Assembly (NCBI GenBank): GCA_041664925.1 | Contig: JBAYJV010000002.1 | Location: 8,302 to 72,301, forward strand | Direction: 5' to 3' | DNA length: 64,000 nt | Source of the DNA: Minisyncoccota bacterium | Lineage (GTDB): Bacteria > Patescibacteriota > Minisyncoccia > JBAYJV01 | In this document: positions 8,688 to 17,383 of the stretch, piece by piece | How positions within the stretch are numbered: position 1 is the first letter of the stretch | Layout: each line of letters begins with the position of its first letter | Notes under the pieces: model-generated | The model's input: only the letters and a program-made list of their open reading frames with translations | Told to the model about the DNA's origin: nothing | The model's database searches: none | Position numbers and translations under genes: made by a program

Positions 8688-9434
8688 GTGAGGAGGAAAA
8701 AAAGAACGGCGAAGTATTCAGGAAGTTGCGTCTATGTGGCGCCCGGCTTCGTTGTGAGGCTGAGCGGCACATTTGGGATAGCAGATCATGAGCCTTTCAA
8801 GGTTCTTGAAGTCGTCCGTCGGTATGGTGCCGTCGACAAGGGGAAGACGCGCCAGCGGCCAGTACTTCGCCTTCGCGGTCTCGAGACTGGCAAGCTTGAA
8901 TCTTGCGACAACGGATTCGTTGTCGAAGTGCTTGAGCGCCAGACGCTTCCCGTCGGACTTCCGGAGAACTATTTCCGGAATCTGGGCTACGAATGGGACA
9001 CATTCTACGAGAAGAAAGGAAGAGGTGTTTGGACCGGCAACCTGGGCTATATGATCGCTGTGGTCATGGCGACGCTTCCCATGCATCTTCCGCGACCGAC
9101 TTGCGACATCGAGCGCCTCTGTGATCTCTACATGAAGCAAAAGGCGGGATTCATCGAAGTCCCCGACTTTGGGGATTTGGAAGATCTCTTGGATGATCCG
9201 CGCGTGACGGTTCACGCGAAACCGTTCCGTGAGTGGGTCAGGAAGAACGCTTCCCGATTCATGGTGACGGTGGCGGAGCTGGAAGAAAGGGCGACGAAGA
9301 GAGAAACCGAGAGCAAAACAAGATTCCAAGAGGATTATTGGAATGGCCTCGAGGCAGACGAGAGGCTGATCGAAGAGAAGTTTCCTGAGGAGGGAAACGA
9401 AGCAGTGATTCCGAGCTGTCCGATAGGAGGATAG
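8688..9434 (+). CDS. Hypothetical protein, strongly GC-elevated (~55% vs ~34% background)
   Basis: GTG start 6 nt after AAGGAGG. A TTGATT-N17-TATAAT promoter is at 8598-8626. A stem-loop terminator CCCCGGCAGAACAGTCTGTCGGGG + T-run is at 9437-9478. Confidence 0.55.
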   Translation: MRRKKRTAKYSGSCVYVAPGFVVRLSGTFGIADHEPFKVLEVVRRYGAVDKGKTRQRPVLRLRGLETGKLESCDNGFVVEVLERQTLPVGLPENYFRNLGYEWDTFYEKKGRGVWTGNLGYMIAVVMATLPMHLPRPTCDIERLCDLYMKQKAGFIEVPDFGDLEDLLDDPRVTVHAKPFREWVRKNASRFMVTVAELEERATKRETESKTRFQEDYWNGLEADERLIEEKFPEEGNEAVIPSCPIGG

Positions 9435-9479
9435 CTTGGATCGCCCCGGCAGAACAGTCTGTCGGGGTCTTTTTTTATA

Positions 9480-9730
9480 TTATAATTCTATGGCTCACAC
9501 TCGGAATTTAGAAGCTAGAAGTTGGAATTATGAAAAATCTCAAATAACAAATTTCAAATATCAAATCAAATCCAAATGATTTAATGATAAATAGGAATTA
9601 AGGACAATTTCAAACGAATTCGATGGCCATCCTACGTTAAAACTTCGGAATGGCAAGCTCACATCTTATGGCTCACGCTATGGCTCATTTCTTCCATTTG
9701 AGCCATAGACTCTATGGCTCATTTCGGCTT
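9480..9730. repeat. Iteron-like cluster of TATGGCTCA repeats (5 direct + 1 inverted copy) in a 360-bp intergenic region
   Basis: TCTATGGCTCACACTCGG (9487); CTTATGGCTCACGCTATGGCTCATTTCTTCCATTTGAGCCATAGACTCTATGGCTCATTTCGG (9664-9727). Confidence 0.5.
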
Positions 9731-9802
9731 ATCGTCAGGCGGGCCGGCTTGAAATATAGGCAGAATTTTGCGGATATTTATAGAAAATGATAAAATGGCA
9801 AC

Positions 9803-10324
9803 ATGCAAAAGAAATTAAACAATTACGCTTTTATTGATAGTCAAAATCTCAATCTTGGCATCAGGAAGTTGAAATGGAGGCTGGATTTTAGGAAGTTTAG
9901 GGTATATTTAAAAGAAAAATATGGCGTAACGAAGGCATATCTTTTTATTGGCTATATGCCAGAGAATAAGGATATGTACAGCTCTCTTAAGGATGACGGG
10001 TATGCGCTGATTTTTAAGCCAATATTAAAAAATAAAGAAGGTGTTGTAAAAGGAAATATTGATGCCGATTTGGTTTTGCAGGCGATGGTTGATTATAAAA
10101 AATATGATAAAGCAGTTATTATAACAAGCGATGGCGATTTTTACTGTTTGGTAAAATATTTATACAATAACAAAAAATTGGAAAGCGTAATAAGTCCGGC
10201 TCGAAGAAATTGCTCGGTGTTGCTCACAAAAGAAGCAAAAGAAAAAATTGCTTTTATGGATAATTTGCAGAAGAAATTGGCGTATGGAAAAACAAAAAGA
10301 CACCGCAGAAGGACGGAACCTTAA
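9803..10324 (+). CDS. NYN-domain (LabA/DUF88-like, PIN-fold) protein
   Basis: AFIDSQNL..., IDADLVLQAMVD, VIITSDGDFYCLV match the NYN/LabA acidic-residue pattern. Confidence 0.6.
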   Translation: MQKKLNNYAFIDSQNLNLGIRKLKWRLDFRKFRVYLKEKYGVTKAYLFIGYMPENKDMYSSLKDDGYALIFKPILKNKEGVVKGNIDADLVLQAMVDYKKYDKAVIITSDGDFYCLVKYLYNNKKLESVISPARRNCSVLLTKEAKEKIAFMDNLQKKLAYGKTKRHRRRTEP

Positions 10325-10447
10325 GAGGTGTCTTTTTATCGTGATTCTGTCTTAAGTATAGCAAACTGCATTATTTTGTCAATAACCCTATCAATTGTTC
10401 GTAAGATGTGATACAATAGAACATATTAATTTACATAATTTAAAAAT

Positions 10448-11101
10448 ATGAGAAAAGATACTAAGAAAACTTTTGATAATGATTCTTTTGGAATGCATCA
10501 GGCGGTTTGCGCTGATTGCGGCAAGAAATGCGAAATTCCTTTTAAGCCGTCGAGCGATAGACCAGTTTATTGCGATGATTGTTTCAGAAGCAAGAGAGAG
10601 AGCAGAAACTCTGGCGGTGGTGGATCAAGCTTTGGGCGCGGGGGATCAGGTTCTTCTTATGGTGGCGGAGGAAGGGGCGATTTCAGAAGAAGTGACAGAG
10701 ACAAACGAATGTATTCGGCGACTTGCTCTGGTTGCGGAGCGAGATGCGAAGTCCCATTCCAGCCAACAAGCGGAAAACCAGTTTATTGCAATGATTGCTT
10801 TAAGAGAGATGGCAGTGGAAGGAATGATCGAGGCGGCGGTGGTGGGCAAGGACAAATTACTAATCAGCTGGCAGCCTTGAACAGCAAATTAGACAGAATT
10901 TTAAAGATTTTATCTCCGAGCGAACCGGTAAAAGTTGTTGAGGTAGTTGAAAAGAAGAAAATCATGAAGGAAGTGAATAAACCAGAACTCAAAAATGCCA
11001 TTAAAAATGCGCAGGAAGATGTAATACCAGAAACACCAAAGAAAGAAAAAGAAAAGAAGGTCGCGAAAAAATCTGCCAAAAAAGCAAAAGCGAAAAAGTA
11101 A
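10448..11101 (+). CDS. Tandem zinc-ribbon (CxxC...CxxC x2) protein with Gly/Arg-rich linkers and Lys-rich C-terminal tail; probable nucleic-acid-binding protein
   Basis: Two copies of C-x-DCG-x-x-CE-x-PF-x-P-x5-PVYC-x-DCF. Linkers are GGGGSSFGRGGSGSSYGGGGRG and GGGGGQGQ. The tail is KKEKEKKVAKKSAKKAKAKK. Confidence 0.6.
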   Translation: MRKDTKKTFDNDSFGMHQAVCADCGKKCEIPFKPSSDRPVYCDDCFRSKRESRNSGGGGSSFGRGGSGSSYGGGGRGDFRRSDRDKRMYSATCSGCGARCEVPFQPTSGKPVYCNDCFKRDGSGRNDRGGGGGQGQITNQLAALNSKLDRILKILSPSEPVKVVEVVEKKKIMKEVNKPELKNAIKNAQEDVIPETPKKEKEKKVAKKSAKKAKAKK

Positions 11102-11161
11102 AAATGAATTAGCGCAGGAGTCCAACTTCTGCGCTGTTTGTTTAGTTGATAAATTATATAT

Positions 11162-11665
11162 ATGAAAAAAGTTTCTGTTTCTGAAGCGTTTGATATGTTT
11201 AAGCCTGAAAAATGCGTTTTTGTTATATCTATTGATGAAAAAGGAAAACCATCGGGAATGATATGTGGTCATGCTATGAAATGTTCAAAAAAATCTGAAT
11301 TGTACGCAGTGGCTTTGTGGGAAGAAGGATACACCCAAGAACTTATTAGGAGTAGCAAGGAATTTGTAGTTGCAGTTTCGAATAAATCATTAGAAAAAGA
11401 AGTAATATTGTTTGGCTCTGTCTCGGGCAGAGATGTAGATAAATTCAAAGAAAGCAAAATCGCAACAGAAAAGGCGCAATTTATCAAATCGCCTTTATTG
11501 AAAGATGCAACAATAAATTTTGAGTGCAAATTACAAGAAGAAGTTAGAGTAGGCGATCACATTATGTTTATTGGAAAAATTCTTGCTGCATATGTCAATG
11601 AAGATAAAAAAGTATTACTTAATATGGGAAAAATTAACGGAGAAAGAATTTATAAAGAATTTTAA
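11162..11665 (+). CDS. Flavin-reductase-like (FMN-binding split-barrel) domain protein
   Basis: 167 aa with the typical layout and length of flavin reductase-like domain proteins. Weak motif support only. Confidence 0.5.
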   Translation: MKKVSVSEAFDMFKPEKCVFVISIDEKGKPSGMICGHAMKCSKKSELYAVALWEEGYTQELIRSSKEFVVAVSNKSLEKEVILFGSVSGRDVDKFKESKIATEKAQFIKSPLLKDATINFECKLQEEVRVGDHIMFIGKILAAYVNEDKKVLLNMGKINGERIYKEF

Positions 11666-11692
11666 TAAAACACAACTAACTAATTTAAAAAA

Positions 11693-12754
11693 GTGGATCA
11701 AGAACGATTAAATCCAAATAACGATTCAAGAGAATCAACTATTTCAAAGGTTGTTGGAGTTGATGCAACGACAGAACAAGAACTTTTAGATTATTTCAAA
11801 AGAAAATTTGAAGCTGAGGAAAAAAGCTTCAAAGAAAAAGAACACTCACAGGAATTAGATGATCTAATATCGAGATTAAATGCGCAAATGAAAGAATTCT
11901 TAGGGCGGTATGGAGTGAGCGCAATTGAAGTTCCGGCAAAAAATATTCACATTCCCGATCAATCAGCAATGAATTCCGAACAACTTGCAATATTCGGCGA
12001 AAAGTTTAAGGGTATTGCCGCTCAATATTTTTTAACAAAACAAAGAATCATAGTAGTGGAAGATTACAGGAAGGGAAATAAGCTAAATTTTCTTCAAGGT
12101 CTTTCACACGAAATGTTCCATTTAAATTCTTTTCATTCTGTTCAAAGAACGGATAGGCAGGATGTGGTAGATTTTCAGCTTGTCGCAAAATCGGAAGATG
12201 GAGAGACAGAAAATATATCTTTAATAGGAAGACGAGCGGGTTTTTCAATTGTTTCAAGAGATGCCGACGCAGCTTATTTTAGGGACATTGATGAAGCGAT
12301 TATGACTGAACTGGAAATGAGGTTTGACCAAGAATATCTTTCGAAAATTCCCGAGTTAGAAGAAGAATATCAGGCAAGAGAAGAAGCGATAACTGCGCTG
12401 GGCGCTCGTACTGGAGAAGACATTGAGTCATTGAGGAAAACTGTTGCCGCGCTAAGCGAAATACCGCAAGAAGATGGCGGGGCAAATGTTCGAATAATGG
12501 AGTATTCTTATAAAAATGAAAGAAAACAACTAAACGAATTAATAGATAATTTATATGAAAAAAATCAGAGTGAATTTTCTTCAAGGGAAGATGTTTTTAA
12601 ATTATTCGTAGAGGCGGCTATGAGTGGCAGGTTATTGCCAATTGCGCGTTTAATAGAAAAAACTTGCGGGAAGGGCAGTTTTCGAGAACTTGGAGAAATG
12701 ACAGCGAAAAGAGCGGAGGACACTAAACCGAAAAATAACGATTTAAATAATTAA
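11693..12754 (+). CDS. Hypothetical protein with HExxH motif (SHEMFHL); possible zincin-like metallopeptidase
   Basis: 353-aa ORF. Only the single HEMFH motif is recognisable. Confidence 0.45.
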   Translation: MDQERLNPNNDSRESTISKVVGVDATTEQELLDYFKRKFEAEEKSFKEKEHSQELDDLISRLNAQMKEFLGRYGVSAIEVPAKNIHIPDQSAMNSEQLAIFGEKFKGIAAQYFLTKQRIIVVEDYRKGNKLNFLQGLSHEMFHLNSFHSVQRTDRQDVVDFQLVAKSEDGETENISLIGRRAGFSIVSRDADAAYFRDIDEAIMTELEMRFDQEYLSKIPELEEEYQAREEAITALGARTGEDIESLRKTVAALSEIPQEDGGANVRIMEYSYKNERKQLNELIDNLYEKNQSEFSSREDVFKLFVEAAMSGRLLPIARLIEKTCGKGSFRELGEMTAKRAEDTKPKNNDLNN

Positions 12755-12769
12755 ATTAAAATTAAAAAT

Positions 12770-13285
12770 ATGATTCTTAAAAACATTCCTTTTGGAAAAA
12801 TTGATGAGTTTAATGTGCTTGTTGAAATTTCCAAAAACAATCAGAACAAATATGAATATAATGAGGAATTTGGGGCGATGGAACTCGATTGGGTTTTTAC
12901 GGGTGGTTTTTGCTTTCCATTTAATTATGGCTTGATCCCTCAAACTTTGGGCGGCGATGGCGATCACGCCGATGCTTTTGTTTTAACTGATCATCCGATT
13001 GAACCGGGAATAGTTGTTAAATGCCGAGCCATTGGAATTATAGAACTTTTAGACAGAGGCGAAGAAGATAATAAAATTCTTGCGGTTGCCTTGGCGGATC
13101 AGAAATATAAAAAATATCAAGATTTGGAAGATTTGCCGTTTGATTACAAAACCATTTTTGAGAATTTCTTTAAAGAACTGGGCATTCAAAAAAGCAAAAC
13201 TCTTGAAATCAAAGGTTTTTATGGAAAAGACAGGGCAATTCAAGAAATCAATAAATATTTAGAAAATTTTAAAGGAAAAGCCTAG
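12770..13285 (+). CDS. ppa: Inorganic pyrophosphatase
   Basis: VLVEISKNNQNKYEY..., FPFNYGLIPQTL..DGDHADAFVL match the family I PPase acidic-cluster signature (DGDPxDVLV). Confidence 0.7.
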   Translation: MILKNIPFGKIDEFNVLVEISKNNQNKYEYNEEFGAMELDWVFTGGFCFPFNYGLIPQTLGGDGDHADAFVLTDHPIEPGIVVKCRAIGIIELLDRGEEDNKILAVALADQKYKKYQDLEDLPFDYKTIFENFFKELGIQKSKTLEIKGFYGKDRAIQEINKYLENFKGKA

Positions 13286-13334
13286 ATTTATTACATAAAA
13301 AAATCCACGCACTTTCTTATGCGTGGGTTTTGTT

Positions 13335-13655
13335 TTATTTTCTTTTAGGAGTTATCACGAGAATGATAAATTTCATAAGGGAAAGGAAAGCAAATCCTCC
13401 TTGGACGATAATCTCTCCTAACAGACTTAATGTCCTGTCAGGATATGGGAACCAGATAGAGACAGCGGGAGATTTATACTGAGTCCACAAGGTAATCGTA
13501 TTGAATCCCAATAGCAGAGTTACGATAATCCAAAAGATTCGTGATTTTTCTAATGGTCTGATGAAAAAAAACACCAAACCAATTCCCAAAAGACCGATTA
13601 TTCCAGCAATAGTGCTCCACATTACAAGAGTATCCCAAGCAACTTGGCTTTCCAT
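13335..13655 (-). CDS. Small integral membrane protein (106 aa, ~4 TM)
   Basis: Hydrophobic ORF downstream (minus sense) of the 75-bp repeat that carries TTGACA-N17-TAGACT. Confidence 0.45.
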   Translation of the reverse strand: MESQVAWDTLVMWSTIAGIIGLLGIGLVFFFIRPLEKSRIFWIIVTLLLGFNTITLWTQYKSPAVSIWFPYPDRTLSLLGEIIVQGGFAFLSLMKFIILVITPKRK

Positions 13656-13671
13656 ATTTTTCTCCTTTATT

Positions 13672-13751
13672 TTGTTTTAAGAACTGATATGAGTCTATCA
13701 TATACACATAATTTGTCAAGAAAATCTTACGAAGTCGGACTTCGTAAGATT
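13672..13751. repeat. 75-80-bp direct repeat copy 1 (promoter module TTGACA-N17-TAGACT on minus strand + CGAAGTCGGACTTCG hairpin)
   Basis: Near-identical to 14193-14272. Each copy precedes a minus-strand gene. Each is also paired with a copy of terminator AAAAAAATCCACGCACTTTCTTATGCGTGGGTTTT (13286-13325 and 13763-13800). Confidence 0.6.
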
Positions 13752-13849
13752 GTTTGTAAGATAAAAAAATCCACGCACTTTCTTATGCGTGGGTTTTTGA
13801 TTTCTTTTATTTCTCTTATTTCTCTTTAGAGGATTGATTCATGTTTCGA

Positions 13850-14179
13850 TTATCGAATTTCCACTAAGTGATGGAAGATTCTACGCACTTTGCCATCTTT
13901 AACTCCAAGTTTTGCAAGACCAGAAAGTATACGCGATTTGTGTTTCATAGACCAAAAACCACGAGTATTTTCGTGAAGATCTCTTTGAAGTAAAAAGGTG
14001 TTTACTGTCAAGATTAGGAAATCACCACTTTGTAAGCGAGCCAATGGACCACGTTCCGCAACTTTCATTTTTAAAGGATCAGATTGAGTAATTTCTGCAA
14101 TGTATAATTCTGTCATGCCCACGATGTTAATAACCACTAAGTCGCCAACTTGCATTGAGCACGGAAAAAAACTTTCCAT
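13850..14179 (-). CDS. Hypothetical protein (109 aa)
   Basis: The internal ATG (MESFFPCSMQVGD...) is preceded by AAGGAGG. The longer track ORF runs through the upstream repeat and promoter. The same 75-bp promoter-bearing repeat as the previous gene lies upstream. Confidence 0.45.
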   Translation of the reverse strand: MESFFPCSMQVGDLVVINIVGMTELYIAEITQSDPLKMKVAERGPLARLQSGDFLILTVNTFLLQRDLHENTRGFWSMKHKSRILSGLAKLGVKDGKVRRIFHHLVEIR

Positions 14180-14192
14180 CCCTTCCTCCTTA

Positions 14193-14272
14193 TATTTTAA
14201 GAACTGATATGAGTCTATCATATACACATAATTTGTCAAGAAAATCTTACGAAGTCCGACTTCGTAAGATTT
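14193..14272. repeat. 75-80-bp direct repeat copy 2
   Basis: TTAAGAACTGATATGAGTCTATCATATACACATAATTTGTCAAGAAAATCTTACGAAGTCCGACTTCGTAAGATT. One substitution relative to copy 1. Confidence 0.6.
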
Positions 14273-14338
14273 TTTAAATAAACAATTGACATTAAAATTA
14301 AGTTTTGTTAGAATATTGTCAGTACCAAAGGAGGCGTT

Positions 14339-14614
14339 ATGGCGAAGAAAAAGGTGACGAGACAAGTCGAGGTTACTGAGTGCGATTTTTGTGGAGTAGA
14401 GGACAAGAATTGTTCTCGGTGCGTTCTTTGCGGGAAGTATGCTTGCACTAAGCGTGGAGGGTCGGAGCACATCGCTTTTAGTGTTAGTGTTTTTGATTAT
14501 GCAACAAATGAAAGGACAGAAACAGCTCATATTTGCAAAGAATGTACTGGGACTAAACCAGATTTAACCGTTGGGCAGTTGCTTAAAAAGATTCTTCATT
14601 GGGTACCTATGTAG
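14339..14614 (+). CDS. Small Cys-rich (zinc-binding-like) protein
   Basis: CDFCG..x9..CSRCVLCGKYAC and CKEC motifs. TTGACA-N17-TAGAAT promoter at 14286-14314. SD AAAGGAGG. Terminator at 14621-14650. Confidence 0.5.
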   Translation: MAKKKVTRQVEVTECDFCGVEDKNCSRCVLCGKYACTKRGGSEHIAFSVSVFDYATNERTETAHICKECTGTKPDLTVGQLLKKILHWVPM

Positions 14615-14693
14615 AAATTCGCTCCGAGATAGTGCCTCGGAGCTTTTTTTATCTCAAAGATTCTGATAGAATAGAAAGATAAAAAACAACAAT

Positions 14694-15665
14694 ATGTTTA
14701 TTGATGATGTAACAATTAAAATAAAAGCCGGTGACGGCGGACGAGGAGTAGTTGCTTTCAATAGGACAAAAATGAGCCTAGGTCCGACTGGGGGCAACGG
14801 TGGCAATGGCGGCAACATTTACTTAGAAGGCGTATCTGATATCAGCGCGCTCGCCCAATTTCGTTACAAAAAAGAATTAGTCGCAAAAAATGGCGAAAAT
14901 GGAAAATCAAGCTTGAATGACGGTGAAACCGGAGAAGATTTAATCTTAAAAGTGCCAATCGGTACTGTCGTCCATAATCTTTCAACAAAAGAAGATTCAG
15001 AAATTATTTCCATTGGCCAGCGCTTATTAGTCGCTAAGGGTGGTTTAGGCGGTTATGGCAATTTTGTTTTTCGTTCGTCAACTAACACAACACCAAGACA
15101 AGCGACAGACGGAAGCGAAGGCGAAGAACGAATCTTAAGGCTTGAAATAAAACTGATCGCTGATGTCGGTTTTATAGGATTACCCAACGTTGGAAAATCT
15201 AGTCTTTTAAACGAACTTACCAACGCCCAAAGCAAAGTTGCTAATTACCCCTTTACTACGCTCACTCCAAATCTGGGCACTTATTATGAATTGATTTTAG
15301 CGGATATTCCCGGGCTAATCGAAGGCGCGTCTGATGGCAAGGGATTGGGCATAAAATTTTTGCGCCACGTTGAACGCACCAAAACTCTTTTTCATTTCAT
15401 ATCTTCAGAATCGACAGATCTTCTCAAAGATTATCAGGTTATTAGAAATGAACTCGGTGTCTATAATAAACAGCTTTTAGAAAAACCGGAATACATATTC
15501 TTGACAAAAACTGATTTATTTGAAAAAAAAGAAATTACCAAAAAAATTAATCAATTAAAGAAAATTAATAAAGAAATTATTCCTATTTCCATAATAGACG
15601 ACGAAAGTGTTAAAAAAGTCGAAATAATCTTGCGTAAAGTTATTAAAGAAAAATATTCACAGTAA
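14694..15665 (+). CDS. obg: GTPase Obg/CgtA
   Basis: N-terminal Obg fold with Gly-rich GGNGGNGGNIY, then a G domain (GLPNVGKSS, DIPGLIEGAS, NKTD-like LTKTD). Confidence 0.85.
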   Translation: MFIDDVTIKIKAGDGGRGVVAFNRTKMSLGPTGGNGGNGGNIYLEGVSDISALAQFRYKKELVAKNGENGKSSLNDGETGEDLILKVPIGTVVHNLSTKEDSEIISIGQRLLVAKGGLGGYGNFVFRSSTNTTPRQATDGSEGEERILRLEIKLIADVGFIGLPNVGKSSLLNELTNAQSKVANYPFTTLTPNLGTYYELILADIPGLIEGASDGKGLGIKFLRHVERTKTLFHFISSESTDLLKDYQVIRNELGVYNKQLLEKPEYIFLTKTDLFEKKEITKKINQLKKINKEIIPISIIDDESVKKVEIILRKVIKEKYSQ

Positions 15666-15746
15666 GTCTTCAAAATGTTAGACACCGAGTGTCTAACATT
15701 TTGAATTATAAGCATTGCTAAGTTACGGACTTTCCAGTAAAATGTA

Positions 15747-16541
15747 ATGACTATGATTCAGGTTTCAAATTTAACTAAAAAATTCGATAAATTTACGGCC
15801 GTTGACGACATATCATTCTCCGTCAAAAAGGGAGAAATTTTTGCTTTTCTAGGACCCAATGGCGCCGGTAAAACCACGACAATAAAAATTCTTACCACTC
15901 TTCTTCATCCAACAACTGGAAAAATCAGCTTGAACGGTTTTGATCCGATCAGAGAAAAATATGAAGTCAGAGCATCTTTCGGAATTGTTTTTCAGGATCC
16001 GAGTTTGGATGATGAATTAACTGCCTACGAAAATATGGAATTTCATGGCGTTCTTTATCGAGTTCCCAAGAAGATTCGTCGTGAGCGCATTGAGCATCTC
16101 TTAAAGTTCGTTGAACTTTGGGATCGCAGAAACGATCTTGTTAAGAAATTTTCCGGAGGTATGAAGCGAAGGCTTGAAGTAGCGCGAGGATTAATCCATC
16201 ATCCCAAAATTCTCTTTTTGGACGAACCGACATTGGGACTAGATCCGCAAACCCGCAATCACATTTGGAATTATATAAAAGAATTAAGCAAAAGCGAGCA
16301 AATGACAATTTTCTTCACAACACATTACATGGAAGAAGCGGAAAGGGTAGCGCAAAAAATTGCTATTATTGATCATGGCAAAATTATTGCCGAGGGAACA
16401 TCGAAAGAACTAAAAGAAAAAACCAAAACATCATCGCTTGAAGATGCTTTCTTAGCATTGACAGGTAGTACTATCCGCGATGAAGAAGCAGGATTTATGG
16501 ATAATTTAAGGGCAATGAGGGCAATGCACCGAAGCCGTTAA
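15747..16541 (+). CDS. ABC transporter ATP-binding protein
   Basis: Walker A GPNGAGKTT, signature FSGGMKRRLEVA, Walker B ILFLDEPT. Confidence 0.85.
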   Translation: MTMIQVSNLTKKFDKFTAVDDISFSVKKGEIFAFLGPNGAGKTTTIKILTTLLHPTTGKISLNGFDPIREKYEVRASFGIVFQDPSLDDELTAYENMEFHGVLYRVPKKIRRERIEHLLKFVELWDRRNDLVKKFSGGMKRRLEVARGLIHHPKILFLDEPTLGLDPQTRNHIWNYIKELSKSEQMTIFFTTHYMEEAERVAQKIAIIDHGKIIAEGTSKELKEKTKTSSLEDAFLALTGSTIRDEEAGFMDNLRAMRAMHRSR

Positions 16542-16550
16542 TAAAACACC

Positions 16551-17297
16551 ATGAACACGATTTATATTCTCTGGCTTAGACAATTAAAAAGATATTTCCG
16601 ATCCAAGGCGCGAATCATTGGATCTTTAGGACAGCCAATTCTTTTTTTGGTAGCGCTTGGTTTTGGCATGAATCAAATGTACGAGAAAGCCGGCGGAGGT
16701 AATTATATTCAATTTCTCGCTCCGGGAGTGATTGCGATGGGCATTATTTTTACTGCGCTTTTTTCTGGCATCGAAATCATCTGGGATCGGCAATTCGGAT
16801 TTTTGAAAGAAACTCTCGTTGCTCCAACATCGCGTCTTAAAATCATGATCGGACGCACATTAGGCGGAGCAACTGTCGCTCTTCTTCAAGGTCTTATTAT
16901 CCTCTTTCTTGCTTTCTTGATTGGATTTAGGCCGCAAAATTTGCTTCTTCTTCCATTGGCAATCGTTTTCACATTTTTAATCGCTCTTCTTTTTACCGCG
17001 ATCGGCACGGCAATCGCTTCAATCCTAAAAGATATGCAAGGTTTCCAACTCATTATGAATTTTCTCGTCATGCCCCTCTTTTTCCTTTCAGGCGCGCTTT
17101 TCCCTCTTCAAGGAGCGCCAAAAGCGTTGGAAATAATTGCTAAAATTGATCCTTTGACTTACGGTGTTGATGGATTACGCGGTACTCTTATCGGCGTTTC
17201 ACAATTCGGCTTAGCTACTGACTTTCTCGTCTTAAGCATTCTTACAGGATTGATTCTTGTTTTGGGTGCTTATCTTTTCTCAAAGATCGAAGTATAA
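16551..17297 (+). CDS. ABC-2 type transporter permease
   Basis: 6 TM helices in ABC-2 layout. Lies directly downstream of the ATPase gene. Confidence 0.7.
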   Translation: MNTIYILWLRQLKRYFRSKARIIGSLGQPILFLVALGFGMNQMYEKAGGGNYIQFLAPGVIAMGIIFTALFSGIEIIWDRQFGFLKETLVAPTSRLKIMIGRTLGGATVALLQGLIILFLAFLIGFRPQNLLLLPLAIVFTFLIALLFTAIGTAIASILKDMQGFQLIMNFLVMPLFFLSGALFPLQGAPKALEIIAKIDPLTYGVDGLRGTLIGVSQFGLATDFLVLSILTGLILVLGAYLFSKIEV

Positions 17298-17383
17298 TTT
17301 ACGAACTTATAACACAAAACTCTTTGCGGCCACTAGGTCGTTTTTTTTGCGCCAATTATACTCAAGACAAATGACCAATCATT

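Noticed and set aside
8688-9434. Possible contaminating or chimeric high-GC contig segment.
   Set aside because: Not rejected outright, but judged less likely. The GC-rich genes are individually framed by native-style leaders, SDs, terminators and family repeats shared with the low-GC flanks. Read-level verification is still advised.
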